Shown here piece after piece: positions 45,793-53,367 of a stretch of DNA of 53,367 nt. The stretch comes from a virus (Duplodnaviria; Caudoviricetes), in the IMG/VR virus record IMGVR_UViG_3300037484_000460, positions 1-53,367 of that record; one strand, 5' to 3'. The translations under genes were made by a program, and so were the position numbers. The notes beneath the pieces are model-generated. The model made no database searches. It was given only the letters and a program-made list of their open reading frames with translations, and was not told where the DNA came from. The stretch's first letter is position 1. Each line of letters opens with the position of its first letter.

Positions 45793-47285
45793 TCTTCCGC
45801 TTTGATGGCGAGAACCTCGCCGCCCAGCGCGCCGCGGAGCGGGCCGCCGCCGCCATGGTGACCGGGATCTCCGAGCAGACGCGGGCGGCCCTGCGCACCC
45901 TGATCGTGCGCGCCATCCGCGAGGGGATCCCCCCCTACGACGCAGCGCGGATGATCGTCAGCATGATCGGCCTCACCGAGCAGCAGGCCGGCGCGGCCAT
46001 GAGCTACCGGGAGCAGCTCATCAACGAGGGGCTCTCCTTCGATCGCATCAACGTCCTCGTGGACCGCTACTCGGCGAAGCTCCTGCGCCAGCGGTCGGTC
46101 ACGATCGCTCGGACGGAATGCTTACCCGCGGAGACTCTTGTTGATGCAGCTGTGGTGCGGGCAGTCCACCGAAGGCCGTTTAAGGGGCGCATGGTGGAAG
46201 TCCGCACCGGTGACGGCCGCAAGTTCACCGCAACCCCGAATCACCCAATGCTTACGCACCGAGGATGGGTTGCGGCGGGCCTCTTGGATGCAGGCGACCA
46301 CTTGATCTGCTGCCGCAGACAGCAGAAGCCGAGTCCGCCGAGAGACGAAAACGTAGCACGTCCACCAACCACGCTCGGCGAGATATTCGACGCGGCTTCG
46401 GCAGTAGGGATCATCGAGCGGCGAGGTTGTGGAAAGCCAGACTTCCACGGCGACGGGGTAGATGGCGAGGTCGAGATTGCGCGACCCAACCGGGCGTTGA
46501 TGTTCGGGAACTTCTCCCCGCTCGATGAGCCAACGCTCAAGGAGATCCTCTCCCCAACCGATCTTTCGGCTTTTCCCTTTTGCCCGACGTGTCGCCGACT
46601 GCTGGAGATCGATCAGACGCCGTGCCTCTGCAACGGTGCGTTGGCGGACCCCGCTCTTGGCGAGCCTTTTGTAGACGACGCGAGCCGACACGCCCAGGGA
46701 TTGGGCAATCCTCTTGGCCGGTTCTCCGGCGAGGTAGCGCTTGACGACCGGGCCAGCCTGGATGTCTGCGCGGTACGCGGGGCTCTCGCCCCCGCGATCA
46801 AAGAACGCACCGCGAGCATCGCTCCGAGAGCGCATGGCTCCCGCTCGCCGAACCGCCCCATGGATGGCGTCCCTACCACGACCGGTTGTTTGCGCGATGG
46901 CGGCAATGCTGAGGCCCGAGCGGTAAAGCTCGACCGCGTGACGAGCGTCGTTGTCTTCCAGTGGGCTGGTCATGTGTTCAACCTTTCTACCATGGACGGG
47001 TATTTTACCATCAATGACGGAATGGTGACAGGGAACACCATGAGCGCCCTCAACCGGGGCGCACTCGAAGCGTACGGCCAGGCGCAGCAGAAGGGCCTGC
47101 TCTCGGGTGATGCGGTCAAGGAGTGGATTTCGACCCCCGATGAGCGGGCATGTCCGGTATGCCTGCCTCTCGATGGCGTCACCGTCCCGCTCAAGGCGAT
47201 GTTCGCGACCGCCAACGGGCCCTTGCCGGGTCCGGTAGCACATCCGCGGTGCAGGTGCGCGATCGCAGTCCTGGACCCCTTGTGA
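45789..47285 (+). CDS. Minor head protein (MuF/SPP1 gp7-like) containing an intein
   Basis: TIARTE..KEWIST.DERACPVC..HPRCRC. Confidence 0.9.
   Translation: MIFRFDGENLAAQRAAERAAAAMVTGISEQTRAALRTLIVRAIREGIPPYDAARMIVSMIGLTEQQAGAAMSYREQLINEGLSFDRINVLVDRYSAKLLRQRSVTIARTECLPAETLVDAAVVRAVHRRPFKGRMVEVRTGDGRKFTATPNHPMLTHRGWVAAGLLDAGDHLICCRRQQKPSPPRDENVARPPTTLGEIFDAASAVGIIERRGCGKPDFHGDGVDGEVEIARPNRALMFGNFSPLDEPTLKEILSPTDLSAFPFCPTCRRLLEIDQTPCLCNGALADPALGEPFVDDASRHAQGLGNPLGRFSGEVALDDRASLDVCAVRGALAPAIKERTASIAPRAHGSRSPNRPMDGVPTTTGCLRDGGNAEARAVKLDRVTSVVVFQWAGHVFNLSTMDGYFTINDGMVTGNTMSALNRGALEAYGQAQQKGLLSGDAVKEWISTPDERACPVCLPLDGVTVPLKAMFATANGPLPGPVAHPRCRCAIAVLDPL
46122..46973 (-). CDS. Antisense intein-nested gene: two HTH repeats plus a Vsr/DUF559-like nuclease domain (283 aa)
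   Basis: YRSGLSIAAIA.., YLAGEPAKRIAQSLGVSARVV; EDLLERWL..G..Q..VG..LDLAI..VAVEV..LAERGW; RBS AAAGGT. Confidence 0.8.
   Translation of the reverse strand: MTSPLEDNDARHAVELYRSGLSIAAIAQTTGRGRDAIHGAVRRAGAMRSRSDARGAFFDRGGESPAYRADIQAGPVVKRYLAGEPAKRIAQSLGVSARVVYKRLAKSGVRQRTVAEARRLIDLQQSATRRAKGKSRKIGWGEDLLERWLIERGEVPEHQRPVGSRNLDLAIYPVAVEVWLSTTSPLDDPYCRSRVEYLAERGWWTCYVFVSRRTRLLLSAAADQVVACIQEARRNPSSVRKHWVIRGCGELAAVTGADFHHAPLKRPSVDCPHHSCINKSLRG
47002..47010 (-). promoter_or_regulatory. Extended -10 promoter for the antisense nuclease gene
   Basis: TGGTAAAAT about 28 nt upstream of the ATG at 46973. Confidence 0.55.
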
Positions 47286-47533
47286 GCGACGCCCGCCCGG
47301 CCCGCCGAGGCCCTGGTCGCCCCCGCGGTTCCTGCAAGCCGGCCGAGGAGCGGCTCGCGGAGATCGTCAACCTACGCTTTCGCGTCACCGATCCGCTGTA
47401 CGACGCGCTGTGCAGGCGTGCGATTCGGGAGCGTGTGAGCGTTCCGGCCCTCGTCCGGGCCCTTGTAGTCGCGCAATTTCCTGTGTCTACAATTAATTCG
47501 CGGGCCCAGTCTGGCCCTAGACTTGGAGCGTAA
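47282..47533 (+). CDS. AT-hook/RHH DNA-binding protein
   Basis: RGPGRPRG..LRFRVTDPLYDALCRRA..VSVPALVR. Confidence 0.7.
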   Translation: MSDARPARRGPGRPRGSCKPAEERLAEIVNLRFRVTDPLYDALCRRAIRERVSVPALVRALVVAQFPVSTINSRAQSGPRLGA

Positions 47534-48307
47534 ATGGCCCTCAAGTACATCGTCGCCACCCTGACCGACGTCGAAGAGACTCTCCGCTCACACTACGAGC
47601 CGCGTGACGGCAGGTTCGTCATCAAGCTCGAGGGCTTCGACTTTGCCACGGCCGAGGAGAACGCGCGGAAGCTCGCCGAGTTCCGCGACAACAACCGCGC
47701 GCTCAACGCCACCAAGGCCGAGCTGGAAGCCAAGCTCAAGGCCCTGGAGGGAATCGATCCCGCCGAGGTGACCGCGCTCAAGGCGAAGGTGACCGAACTC
47801 GAAGGCAAGCTCAAGGGTTCGAAGGGCGCCGACGATGTACAGAAGCTTCTCGAGGCCGCGGTAGCGCCGCTGAAGAAGCAGCTCGACGACCTCGGCACCG
47901 AGCGCAACGCGACGGCGCAGAAGCTCGCCGACAAGGAGCTGGAGTCCGCGCTCCAGACGGCTGGCATCAAGGCGGGGGTCGACGAGAAGGCACTCCCCGA
48001 CTACATCCGACGAGGCAAGGAAATCTTCAGCATGGTCGATGGGAAGATGGCTGCGAAGAAGGGCGACACGCCCCTCTTCAGCAAGGACCGGCCCGCGGAA
48101 CCACTGAGCATGGACGAGTGGGCGAAGGCTCTCCCCGCGGAGGCCCCGCACCTGTTCAAGACGTCGGGTGGTGGTGGAGCGACCCCGGGCCCAGGAGGGC
48201 CCGGGAACGGGGCGGTCCGTACGATCCCCGCGGGCGCGCGGATCACCGCTCAGGACATGGACGACATCGCGAAGGGCGTCGCCGTTCGCGGTGAGGCCGT
48301 AGCGTAG
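47534..48307 (+). CDS. Capsid scaffolding protein
   Basis: Coiled coil, APHLFK.SGGGG; precedes the major capsid gene. Confidence 0.85.
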   Translation: MALKYIVATLTDVEETLRSHYEPRDGRFVIKLEGFDFATAEENARKLAEFRDNNRALNATKAELEAKLKALEGIDPAEVTALKAKVTELEGKLKGSKGADDVQKLLEAAVAPLKKQLDDLGTERNATAQKLADKELESALQTAGIKAGVDEKALPDYIRRGKEIFSMVDGKMAAKKGDTPLFSKDRPAEPLSMDEWAKALPAEAPHLFKTSGGGGATPGPGGPGNGAVRTIPAGARITAQDMDDIAKGVAVRGEAVA

Positions 48308-48429
48308 GCGAACAGACGTAAAACCGCGCGGCGGCGCGTTCTAAAGCCGCAGTGGCGTAGGGCCCCCGAGGGGTCCGAGGCCACGCCCCCGAGGGGCCGA
48401 ATTCACGAAGTTGTGATGGAGGTCCACTC

Positions 48430-49575
48430 GTGGCGAACACGAACACTCTCACCGCGGTCCTGGACCGCATTCTCGCGCAGGCGATGCCGGTGCTTCGCCA
48501 GTACTGCGTGATGCCAAAGCTCGTGGCGTCCGGCTATTCCGCGCTCGCTGCGGGTCGTGGCTCCACGATCGAGATCAGCGTCGCCGGAGTCGCTTCGGCG
48601 ACCGCGGTGTCGCCCTCGAACATCCCGCCCGACATCGCGGGGGTCACCCCCGGTGTTGTGGTCATGAACCTCGACAAGTGGTACGAGTCCGGGTTCTTCC
48701 TCTCCGACAAGGACGCGCTCGACATCCGCGAAGGCGTCCTCTCCGCACAGGCGGCGAGCCACGTCAAGGCCATCGCGAACCAGGTGAACTCCGACATCTT
48801 CGCGACCTATCCTGGCATCTACGGTTACGTCGGCGCGGCTGGCACGACGCCTTTCGCAACCGGACTCGACGCTGCGGCCCAGGCGCGGAAGGTGCTGGCG
48901 AACCAGCTCTGCCCGTTGGCTGATCGACGCGGCGTCATCAACCCCGACGCCGAGGCCAACTTCATCCTGGTCCCCTCCGTGCTGAACGCGAACCAGCGCG
49001 GAGACGATCAGGGGATCAAGGAGGGCCGCATCGTGCGGATCCTCGGCCTCGACTGGTTCACCGACCAGGCGGTGCCCACGCACACCGCTGGCACCGCGGC
49101 CGGCGCGACCACCGACGCCACGGGCTACGCCGCAGGCTTGAAGACCGTGACTCTAGCCTCGGCCGGAACCGGCACGATCGTCGTCGGCGACATCATCACG
49201 TTCGCGGGTCAGTCGCAGACCTACGCCGTGACCGCAGGCGACGCCGATGTCTCCAACGCGGGCACGATCAGCTTCGAGCCCGGACTCCAGATCGCCATCA
49301 CGACGGCGACCACGGCCATCACCGTCAAGGCCAGCCACGCCGTCAACCTCGCGTTCAACATGGACGCGATCGGCTTCGCGAACCGGCCGTTCTCCGGCGG
49401 CACGCTGCTCCCCGGCGTGTCGATGCGGAACAGCTCGTACATGACTGATCCCGTGTCCGGCCTGTCGCTCCGGGTCGAGCACACCGTCGAGCACAAGCGG
49501 GAGAAGCTCTCGTTCGACATCCTCTACGGAACGAAGCTCCTTCGGCCCGAGCTCGCTTGCCGCATCGCCGGCTAG
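48430..49575 (+). CDS. Major capsid protein (P22 coat-like, with an insertion domain)
   Basis: GSTIEI..LDKW..SDK..AIANQV..SGLSLRV..FDILYG.K.LRPELACR. Confidence 0.9.
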   Translation: MANTNTLTAVLDRILAQAMPVLRQYCVMPKLVASGYSALAAGRGSTIEISVAGVASATAVSPSNIPPDIAGVTPGVVVMNLDKWYESGFFLSDKDALDIREGVLSAQAASHVKAIANQVNSDIFATYPGIYGYVGAAGTTPFATGLDAAAQARKVLANQLCPLADRRGVINPDAEANFILVPSVLNANQRGDDQGIKEGRIVRILGLDWFTDQAVPTHTAGTAAGATTDATGYAAGLKTVTLASAGTGTIVVGDIITFAGQSQTYAVTAGDADVSNAGTISFEPGLQIAITTATTAITVKASHAVNLAFNMDAIGFANRPFSGGTLLPGVSMRNSSYMTDPVSGLSLRVEHTVEHKREKLSFDILYGTKLLRPELACRIAG

Positions 49576-49647
49576 TAGCCGCGTGAGCGGTGGGTCAGTC
49601 GGGCCTGCCGCTCACGCCCTATCGAAACCGACGCGATAGGAGTGGGC

Positions 49648-50277
49648 ATGAAGCACTTGAAGACCTGGGCGATTGCGATCGCCTCTTTCGCCGTTGCGGT
49701 TGTGGTGTTCGCGCAGGCCGCAGGCGAGGTTCGTCAAAAGTACGTCGACGGCATCCTCCAATACCAGACTCCCAGCGGCACCGTCATCTACTCGATCAAC
49801 CCGAGCACCGGGGCCATCATCCGCACTGGCGTCACGAGGCAGGTAGCGAGCCGCGCCAAGGTCGGCTCGGCTGCCGGCTGGGTTGTCGGTGCCGCGACCA
49901 ACCTTCCCTACTCGGCAACCATGGCGGCCTCGCAGAGCGCGGGGACCCTGGTCATTCCGCTCGACGGTCTCAAGATCGGGGACACCATCACTGGGTTCCG
50001 GATCGTTGCCCAGGTCGAATCCGCGGGCGGGGCGGTCACCATCGACGCCGCCCTGCGCGCCGTGACGAATGTGGCCGCGGAACCCGGCGACGCCGCGATC
50101 GGCTCCGGCATCACGCAGGTGAGCGTCACCGCGGACACCGCCGTGTCGGCGTCGAAGACCGGGCTCACCGAGGTGGTCACCAGCGGCAAGAGCTACTACC
50201 TGCTCGTCACTGCGACCACCGCGGCCTCCACCGACATCATCCTCCAGCACCCCGAGGTCACCGTTACCGAGTCGTAA
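49648..50277 (+). CDS. Putative decoration protein with a signal-peptide-like N-terminus
   Basis: Follows the capsid gene; Thr/Ala/Val-rich beta sequence. Confidence 0.65.
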   Translation: MKHLKTWAIAIASFAVAVVVFAQAAGEVRQKYVDGILQYQTPSGTVIYSINPSTGAIIRTGVTRQVASRAKVGSAAGWVVGAATNLPYSATMAASQSAGTLVIPLDGLKIGDTITGFRIVAQVESAGGAVTIDAALRAVTNVAAEPGDAAIGSGITQVSVTADTAVSASKTGLTEVVTSGKSYYLLVTATTAASTDIILQHPEVTVTES

Positions 50278-50298
50278 GAAAAAAGGAGCGACATTCTC

Positions 50299-50463
50299 AT
50301 GGAGATCCCGACCAAGCGCGTGCGTGTCCTGGACTCAGGGCACGAGGTCACCATCAACGCCTCGGACTTCGACGAGGTGTTGCACGAGGAGATCGGCACC
50401 CCGAAGGTGCCCAAGGCCCCGAAGGTGCCCAAGGTCCAGAAGGGCAAGGAGTCCGAGGGCTAA
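50299..50463 (+). CDS. Small protein (54 aa), not in the ORF track
   Basis: AAAGGAG RBS; MEIPTKRV..TINASDFD..PKVPKAPKVPK. Confidence 0.7.
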   Translation: MEIPTKRVRVLDSGHEVTINASDFDEVLHEEIGTPKVPKAPKVPKVQKGKESEG

Positions 50464-50868
50464 GTGGCCCGCAACCTCACGCTCCTGAGCCGGCCGCTAG
50501 CCACGGCCGGCACCTTCATCGGCGATGCGGTGGCGCTAGCGCCAGGCACTCGCTCCGTCGGCGTGGAATCCAAGTTCGTCCGCGCCGCGGGTGGTACCTC
50601 GTGCAAGGTCTACCTTCAGACGACGTTCGACGATGGCGCGACTTGGGTGGACATCGCCGCTCACGCCTTCTTGATCACGACGGCCAGCAAGCTCTCGTCG
50701 GTCAAGGGCAACATCGCGACTGCTGCGGCCGTGGTCCCGGGTGACGGAATACTCACCGACGACACGATCCTTGACGGCGTGCTCGGCGACCGGATCCGCG
50801 CCAAGGTCATCGTGGCCGGCACCTACTCTGGGGCCTCGTCGATCACCGTGTGCGCGGTGGCCAACTAG
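50464..50868 (+). CDS. Virion structural protein
   Basis: VYLQTTFDDGATWVDIA beta-sandwich type. Confidence 0.7.
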   Translation: MARNLTLLSRPLATAGTFIGDAVALAPGTRSVGVESKFVRAAGGTSCKVYLQTTFDDGATWVDIAAHAFLITTASKLSSVKGNIATAAAVVPGDGILTDDTILDGVLGDRIRAKVIVAGTYSGASSITVCAVAN

Positions 50869-50920
50869 GAGCGATGGGCTACCTCATGCCCATCTCGATT
50901 CTCAACGGTGAGGCCGCCTG

Positions 50921-51439
50921 ATGGCGCTCGTCCTAGACGCAACCGCGGGGGGCGCCGCCGCGAACTCATACGCAACGGTGGCCGAAGCCGGCGACTATCA
51001 CCTGGGCCACCTCTACGCTTCGGCGTGGACCGGCGCCAGCGCTGCCACCAAGGACGCAGCGCTCGTCATGGCCACACGGCTCCTGGACACCCTCGTGGAA
51101 TGGGATGGCTGGGTGGTCACCGAGACGCAGGCGTTGTTGTGGCCACGGTCGGGGATGCTCTACCGCAACGGCTATTCGGTGCCGAGCAACGTGGTGCCGA
51201 TCGACCTGAAACGGGCTACATCGGAGCTGGCCCGGCTACTCATCGTCGCTGACCTCACGGCTGAGAGCGACGTCGAAAACCAGAAGCTCAAGGCTCTGAC
51301 CGCAGGCCCGGTCAGGCTCGAATTTGGGGATGGCGTCACCGTCAAACGTATCCCCGATTCGGTGTGGGCGCTCCTGCCGCCTGGCTGGGGCCTAGTGCGA
51401 TCGCGCGACAACGGGATGCGCGCAACGGTGCGGGCATGA
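50921..51439 (+). CDS. Head-tail adaptor (DnaT-like family)
   Basis: ANSYATVAEA..ATRLLD..QALLWPR..VP..LK.A..ELA. Confidence 0.85.
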   Translation: MALVLDATAGGAAANSYATVAEAGDYHLGHLYASAWTGASAATKDAALVMATRLLDTLVEWDGWVVTETQALLWPRSGMLYRNGYSVPSNVVPIDLKRATSELARLLIVADLTAESDVENQKLKALTAGPVRLEFGDGVTVKRIPDSVWALLPPGWGLVRSRDNGMRATVRA

Positions 51440-51444
51440 GCGCC

Positions 51445-51678
51445 CTACTCGTCGCCCTCGCGCCGTCTGCCCGGCGATCGGATCGGCGTGGGCCTGCGCG
51501 GCGGCTTTCGCTCTGCGGCCTCGGCCCCTTCCTCGAAGATGTCGGCGGCCTCGAGCAGCGCGGCTCGCACGGGCTCGGCGTTCTTCATGGCCAGGTCGCG
51601 AAGGACCTGTGCCAGCTCCCGGCGAAGACGTGCGACCACGCCGGGGACGTCCTCGATTTTGACGCTCGCCGTAATCAC
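51445..51678 (-). CDS. Small antisense hypothetical protein
   Basis: Amphipathic helical sequence filling the gap between neck genes. Confidence 0.55.
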   Translation of the reverse strand: MITASVKIEDVPGVVARLRRELAQVLRDLAMKNAEPVRAALLEAADIFEEGAEAAERKPPRRPTPIRSPGRRREGDE

Positions 51679-51715
51679 GTGCTTCCGCGGCGGGAAGCGC
51701 AGAGGGCGGTCTGAC

Positions 51716-52120
51716 ATGGGCCTCCAGGATCTCATCCGGTCCGGTGTCGCCACCGCCAACGGTATCACGGAGGAGCTTCAGGTGGCCGTGACTCACGAAC
51801 CGTGGGTAGGCAAGGACCAGTACGGGGGGCCAGTCTTCGGGACGCCCGTGAGCCGTCAGGCTCTCGTCGAGATGAAGCAGCGGCTTCGCCGATCCTACAC
51901 CGGCCAGGAGGTGATGCAGATGGCGGCGGTCACGTTCCTGGTCCCGGTGGAGCCGAACGGTGCCGCCGGCCGCCGCGAGCCGATCGACCCGCGCGACCGC
52001 ATCACGCTCCCGGACGGTACCACGGGGCCCATCCTCGACGCCGCCGGACTCGCTGATCCGGACACCGCGAACCCCTACTTCCAGGTCGTTGCCCTGGGTG
52101 GAGCGACCCTTGTCACTTGA
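51716..52120 (+). CDS. Head closure protein
   Basis: DQYGGPVFG..IDPRDRITLPDG. Confidence 0.8.
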   Translation: MGLQDLIRSGVATANGITEELQVAVTHEPWVGKDQYGGPVFGTPVSRQALVEMKQRLRRSYTGQEVMQMAAVTFLVPVEPNGAAGRREPIDPRDRITLPDGTTGPILDAAGLADPDTANPYFQVVALGGATLVT

Positions 52121-52124
52121 GGGT

Positions 52125-52481
52125 ATGGACAAGCTTCGCGCTGCCTTCGAAGTCATCCAACGGAAGCTCGCCCTCGGCGCCGCTCTCTACCAGGAGGGCC
52201 TCTACATCCAGCGCAACTCGATGCGGCGGACGCCGGTGGACACCGGCGCGCTGCGTGCGAGCCACGAGACCACGGAGCCCACCTTCAAGGGCGGCGAGAT
52301 CGAGGTGGCGATCCAGGTTGGTGGCCCCGCGGCTCCGTACGGATTCATTATCCACGAAAGGCTTGATCTGAATCATCGAGTCGGCGAGGCCAAGTTCTTA
52401 GAACGGTCCGTGACTGAAGCTGCTGGCGGATTCGCGGAACGCCTCGGACGTCGCGTAGCGAAGAATCTGGGGGTTGGCTAG
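52125..52481 (+). CDS. HK97 gp10-like neck protein
   Basis: TPVDTGALRAS..APYG..IHE..AKFLE. Confidence 0.85.
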   Translation: MDKLRAAFEVIQRKLALGAALYQEGLYIQRNSMRRTPVDTGALRASHETTEPTFKGGEIEVAIQVGGPAAPYGFIIHERLDLNHRVGEAKFLERSVTEAAGGFAERLGRRVAKNLGVG

Positions 52482-52783
52482 TGCGCTACCGCGAATGCTC
52501 CAGGCGTCATGATTCGGCACCCCTTCCGCAGATTACACGCGGGATGCGTGGGCCGGATGTTCTCGAAGAAGTGGCCCCCGCATCGCTTCAGCGGGCTCTT
52601 GGCTCGTTCGAGCAGCACTTCGCGGATTCGATCACAGCGGGCTCGCGAATTGGCCGACGACTTTCGGGATTGGCCGATCTTCCCGCAGAGCTTCGAGCAA
52701 TAGCGAGTCTTGCCGACACGGCAAGGGAACACCGCGAAGGGTGTGCCACACGTCTCACAGGGCGTCTGAACCTTCGCGCTCAA
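52478..52783 (-). pseudogene. Internally deleted HNH endonuclease remnant
   Basis: CETCG..RYCSKLC N-terminus joined to GGH..ENIRPTHPACNLRKG; first half of the HNH motif is missing. Confidence 0.7.
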
Positions 52784-52827
52784 CCGCTATTGTTCTATCA
52801 CCCCGCCTTGCCCCAGCAGGTCCGCGC

Positions 52828-53232
52828 ATGGGCGTGTTGAGCGAAGTGGCTGCCAAGCTCGCCGCCCTCGGGGTCGGCACCGTGGGAACCGACATTTTCC
52901 TGGGGGCGATGCCCGAGGACGTGGCCGCGTGCTGCGCGCTGTACGAGTACGGTGGCAGCGCGCCGGAGTTCGCGCTCGGGGCTCCGGGGGTCGCGTTCGA
53001 GAACCCCTCGGTCCAGGTGGTCTTTCGTGGGACGCCACACGACTACGCGGGCCCGCGCGCGAAAGCTGAGACCGCGTATCGGGGCCTGGCCGCCGTTGAG
53101 GCCACGGCGCTGAGCGGCACGTTCTTTCACTGGATTCACCCGATGCAGTCGCCGTTCTTGCTGCGCCGCGACGAGTCGGAGCGCGTCCTCATCGCTACAA
53201 ACTACGCCTGCCAGAAGGAGCCCTCGGCATGA
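52828..53232 (+). CDS. Tail terminator (minor capsid family)
   Basis: DIFLGAMP..YEYGG..PSVQVVFRG..QSPF..RDE..R. Confidence 0.8.
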   Translation: MGVLSEVAAKLAALGVGTVGTDIFLGAMPEDVAACCALYEYGGSAPEFALGAPGVAFENPSVQVVFRGTPHDYAGPRAKAETAYRGLAAVEATALSGTFFHWIHPMQSPFLLRRDESERVLIATNYACQKEPSA

Positions 53233-53367
53233 GCGCCCCTCTCCTGGGCCCGGACGGGAAGCCCGTGGTTCGCGCCGCGGTCTCATCCGACTGCCCCCAC
53301 TGCAAGGCCCCGATCGGACGCCGTCGTGTCGTCAACGGGTTCGGTGAACCACAGGTGTGCTGTGGCA
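53229..53367 (+). CDS. Small Zn-finger protein spanning the origin (continues to TGA at 178-180)
   Basis: ATGA overlap with the previous gene; MSAPLLGPDGKP..CPHC..CGTCGYDF..KEAA*. Confidence 0.7.
   Translation, partial: MSAPLLGPDGKPVVRAAVSSDCPHCKAPIGRRRVVNGFGEPQVCCG
53241..53367. repeat. 127-bp terminal direct repeat, copy 2
   Basis: Identical to 1-127. Confidence 0.95.

Larger units (their letters stand above)
46119..47036 (+). mobile_element. Intein, 306 aa (C1..GN, +1 Thr)
   Basis: Block A CLPAETLV, block B TATPNHPMLT..GW..AG.L..GD, blocks F/G GHVFNLST..YF..VTGN|T; excision restores ARTE|TMSALN. Confidence 0.9.

Noticed and set aside
46974-47243. N-terminal 90 aa of the 373-aa minus ORF in the ORF track
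   Set aside because: Mostly lies opposite the extein; RBS and promoter point to the ATG at 46973
47463-47492. Promoter or operator TTGTAG..CTACAA upstream of the scaffold gene
   Set aside because: Only a 6-bp inverted repeat and a 19-bp spacer; plausible but unsupported
1-53367. tRNA, rRNA, attP core and intrinsic terminators
   Set aside because: No convincing cloverleaf, att core or hairpin-plus-U-tract recognised by eye; tRNAscan-SE or Infernal would be needed to exclude them

Overview
This looks like a complete, circularly assembled genome of a GC-rich temperate siphovirus-like phage. Bases 1-127 are repeated exactly at 53241-53367, giving a unit length of about 53,240 bp. Almost all genes are on the + strand. 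Gene order: tail genes (two paralogous tail-tube-like genes, a tail chaperone with a -1 frameshift, tape measure, hub, fibre); a short leftward RHH/secreted-protein operon; tyrosine integrase and Cro-like HTH; early recombination, replication and methylation genes; a lysis and envelope-enzyme region (M15 endolysin, holin-like/S8 protease fusion, glycoside-hydrolase lipoprotein); an adhesin/BppU module; terminase, portal, head and neck genes. Three observations stand out. (1) An intein in the minor head protein has its endonuclease-like gene, with its own promoter and RBS, encoded on the antisense strand wholly inside the intein. (2) Five other antisense insertions in the late operon (two HNH, a moron cassette, an IS1595 element, a small gene) are each spanned by a codon-aligned sense ORF that starts at or next to an upstream stop codon and ends at or in the next gene. 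(3) A subtilisin is fused to a holin-like membrane domain in the lysis cassette. All family assignments come from motif recognition by eye; no database searches were run.
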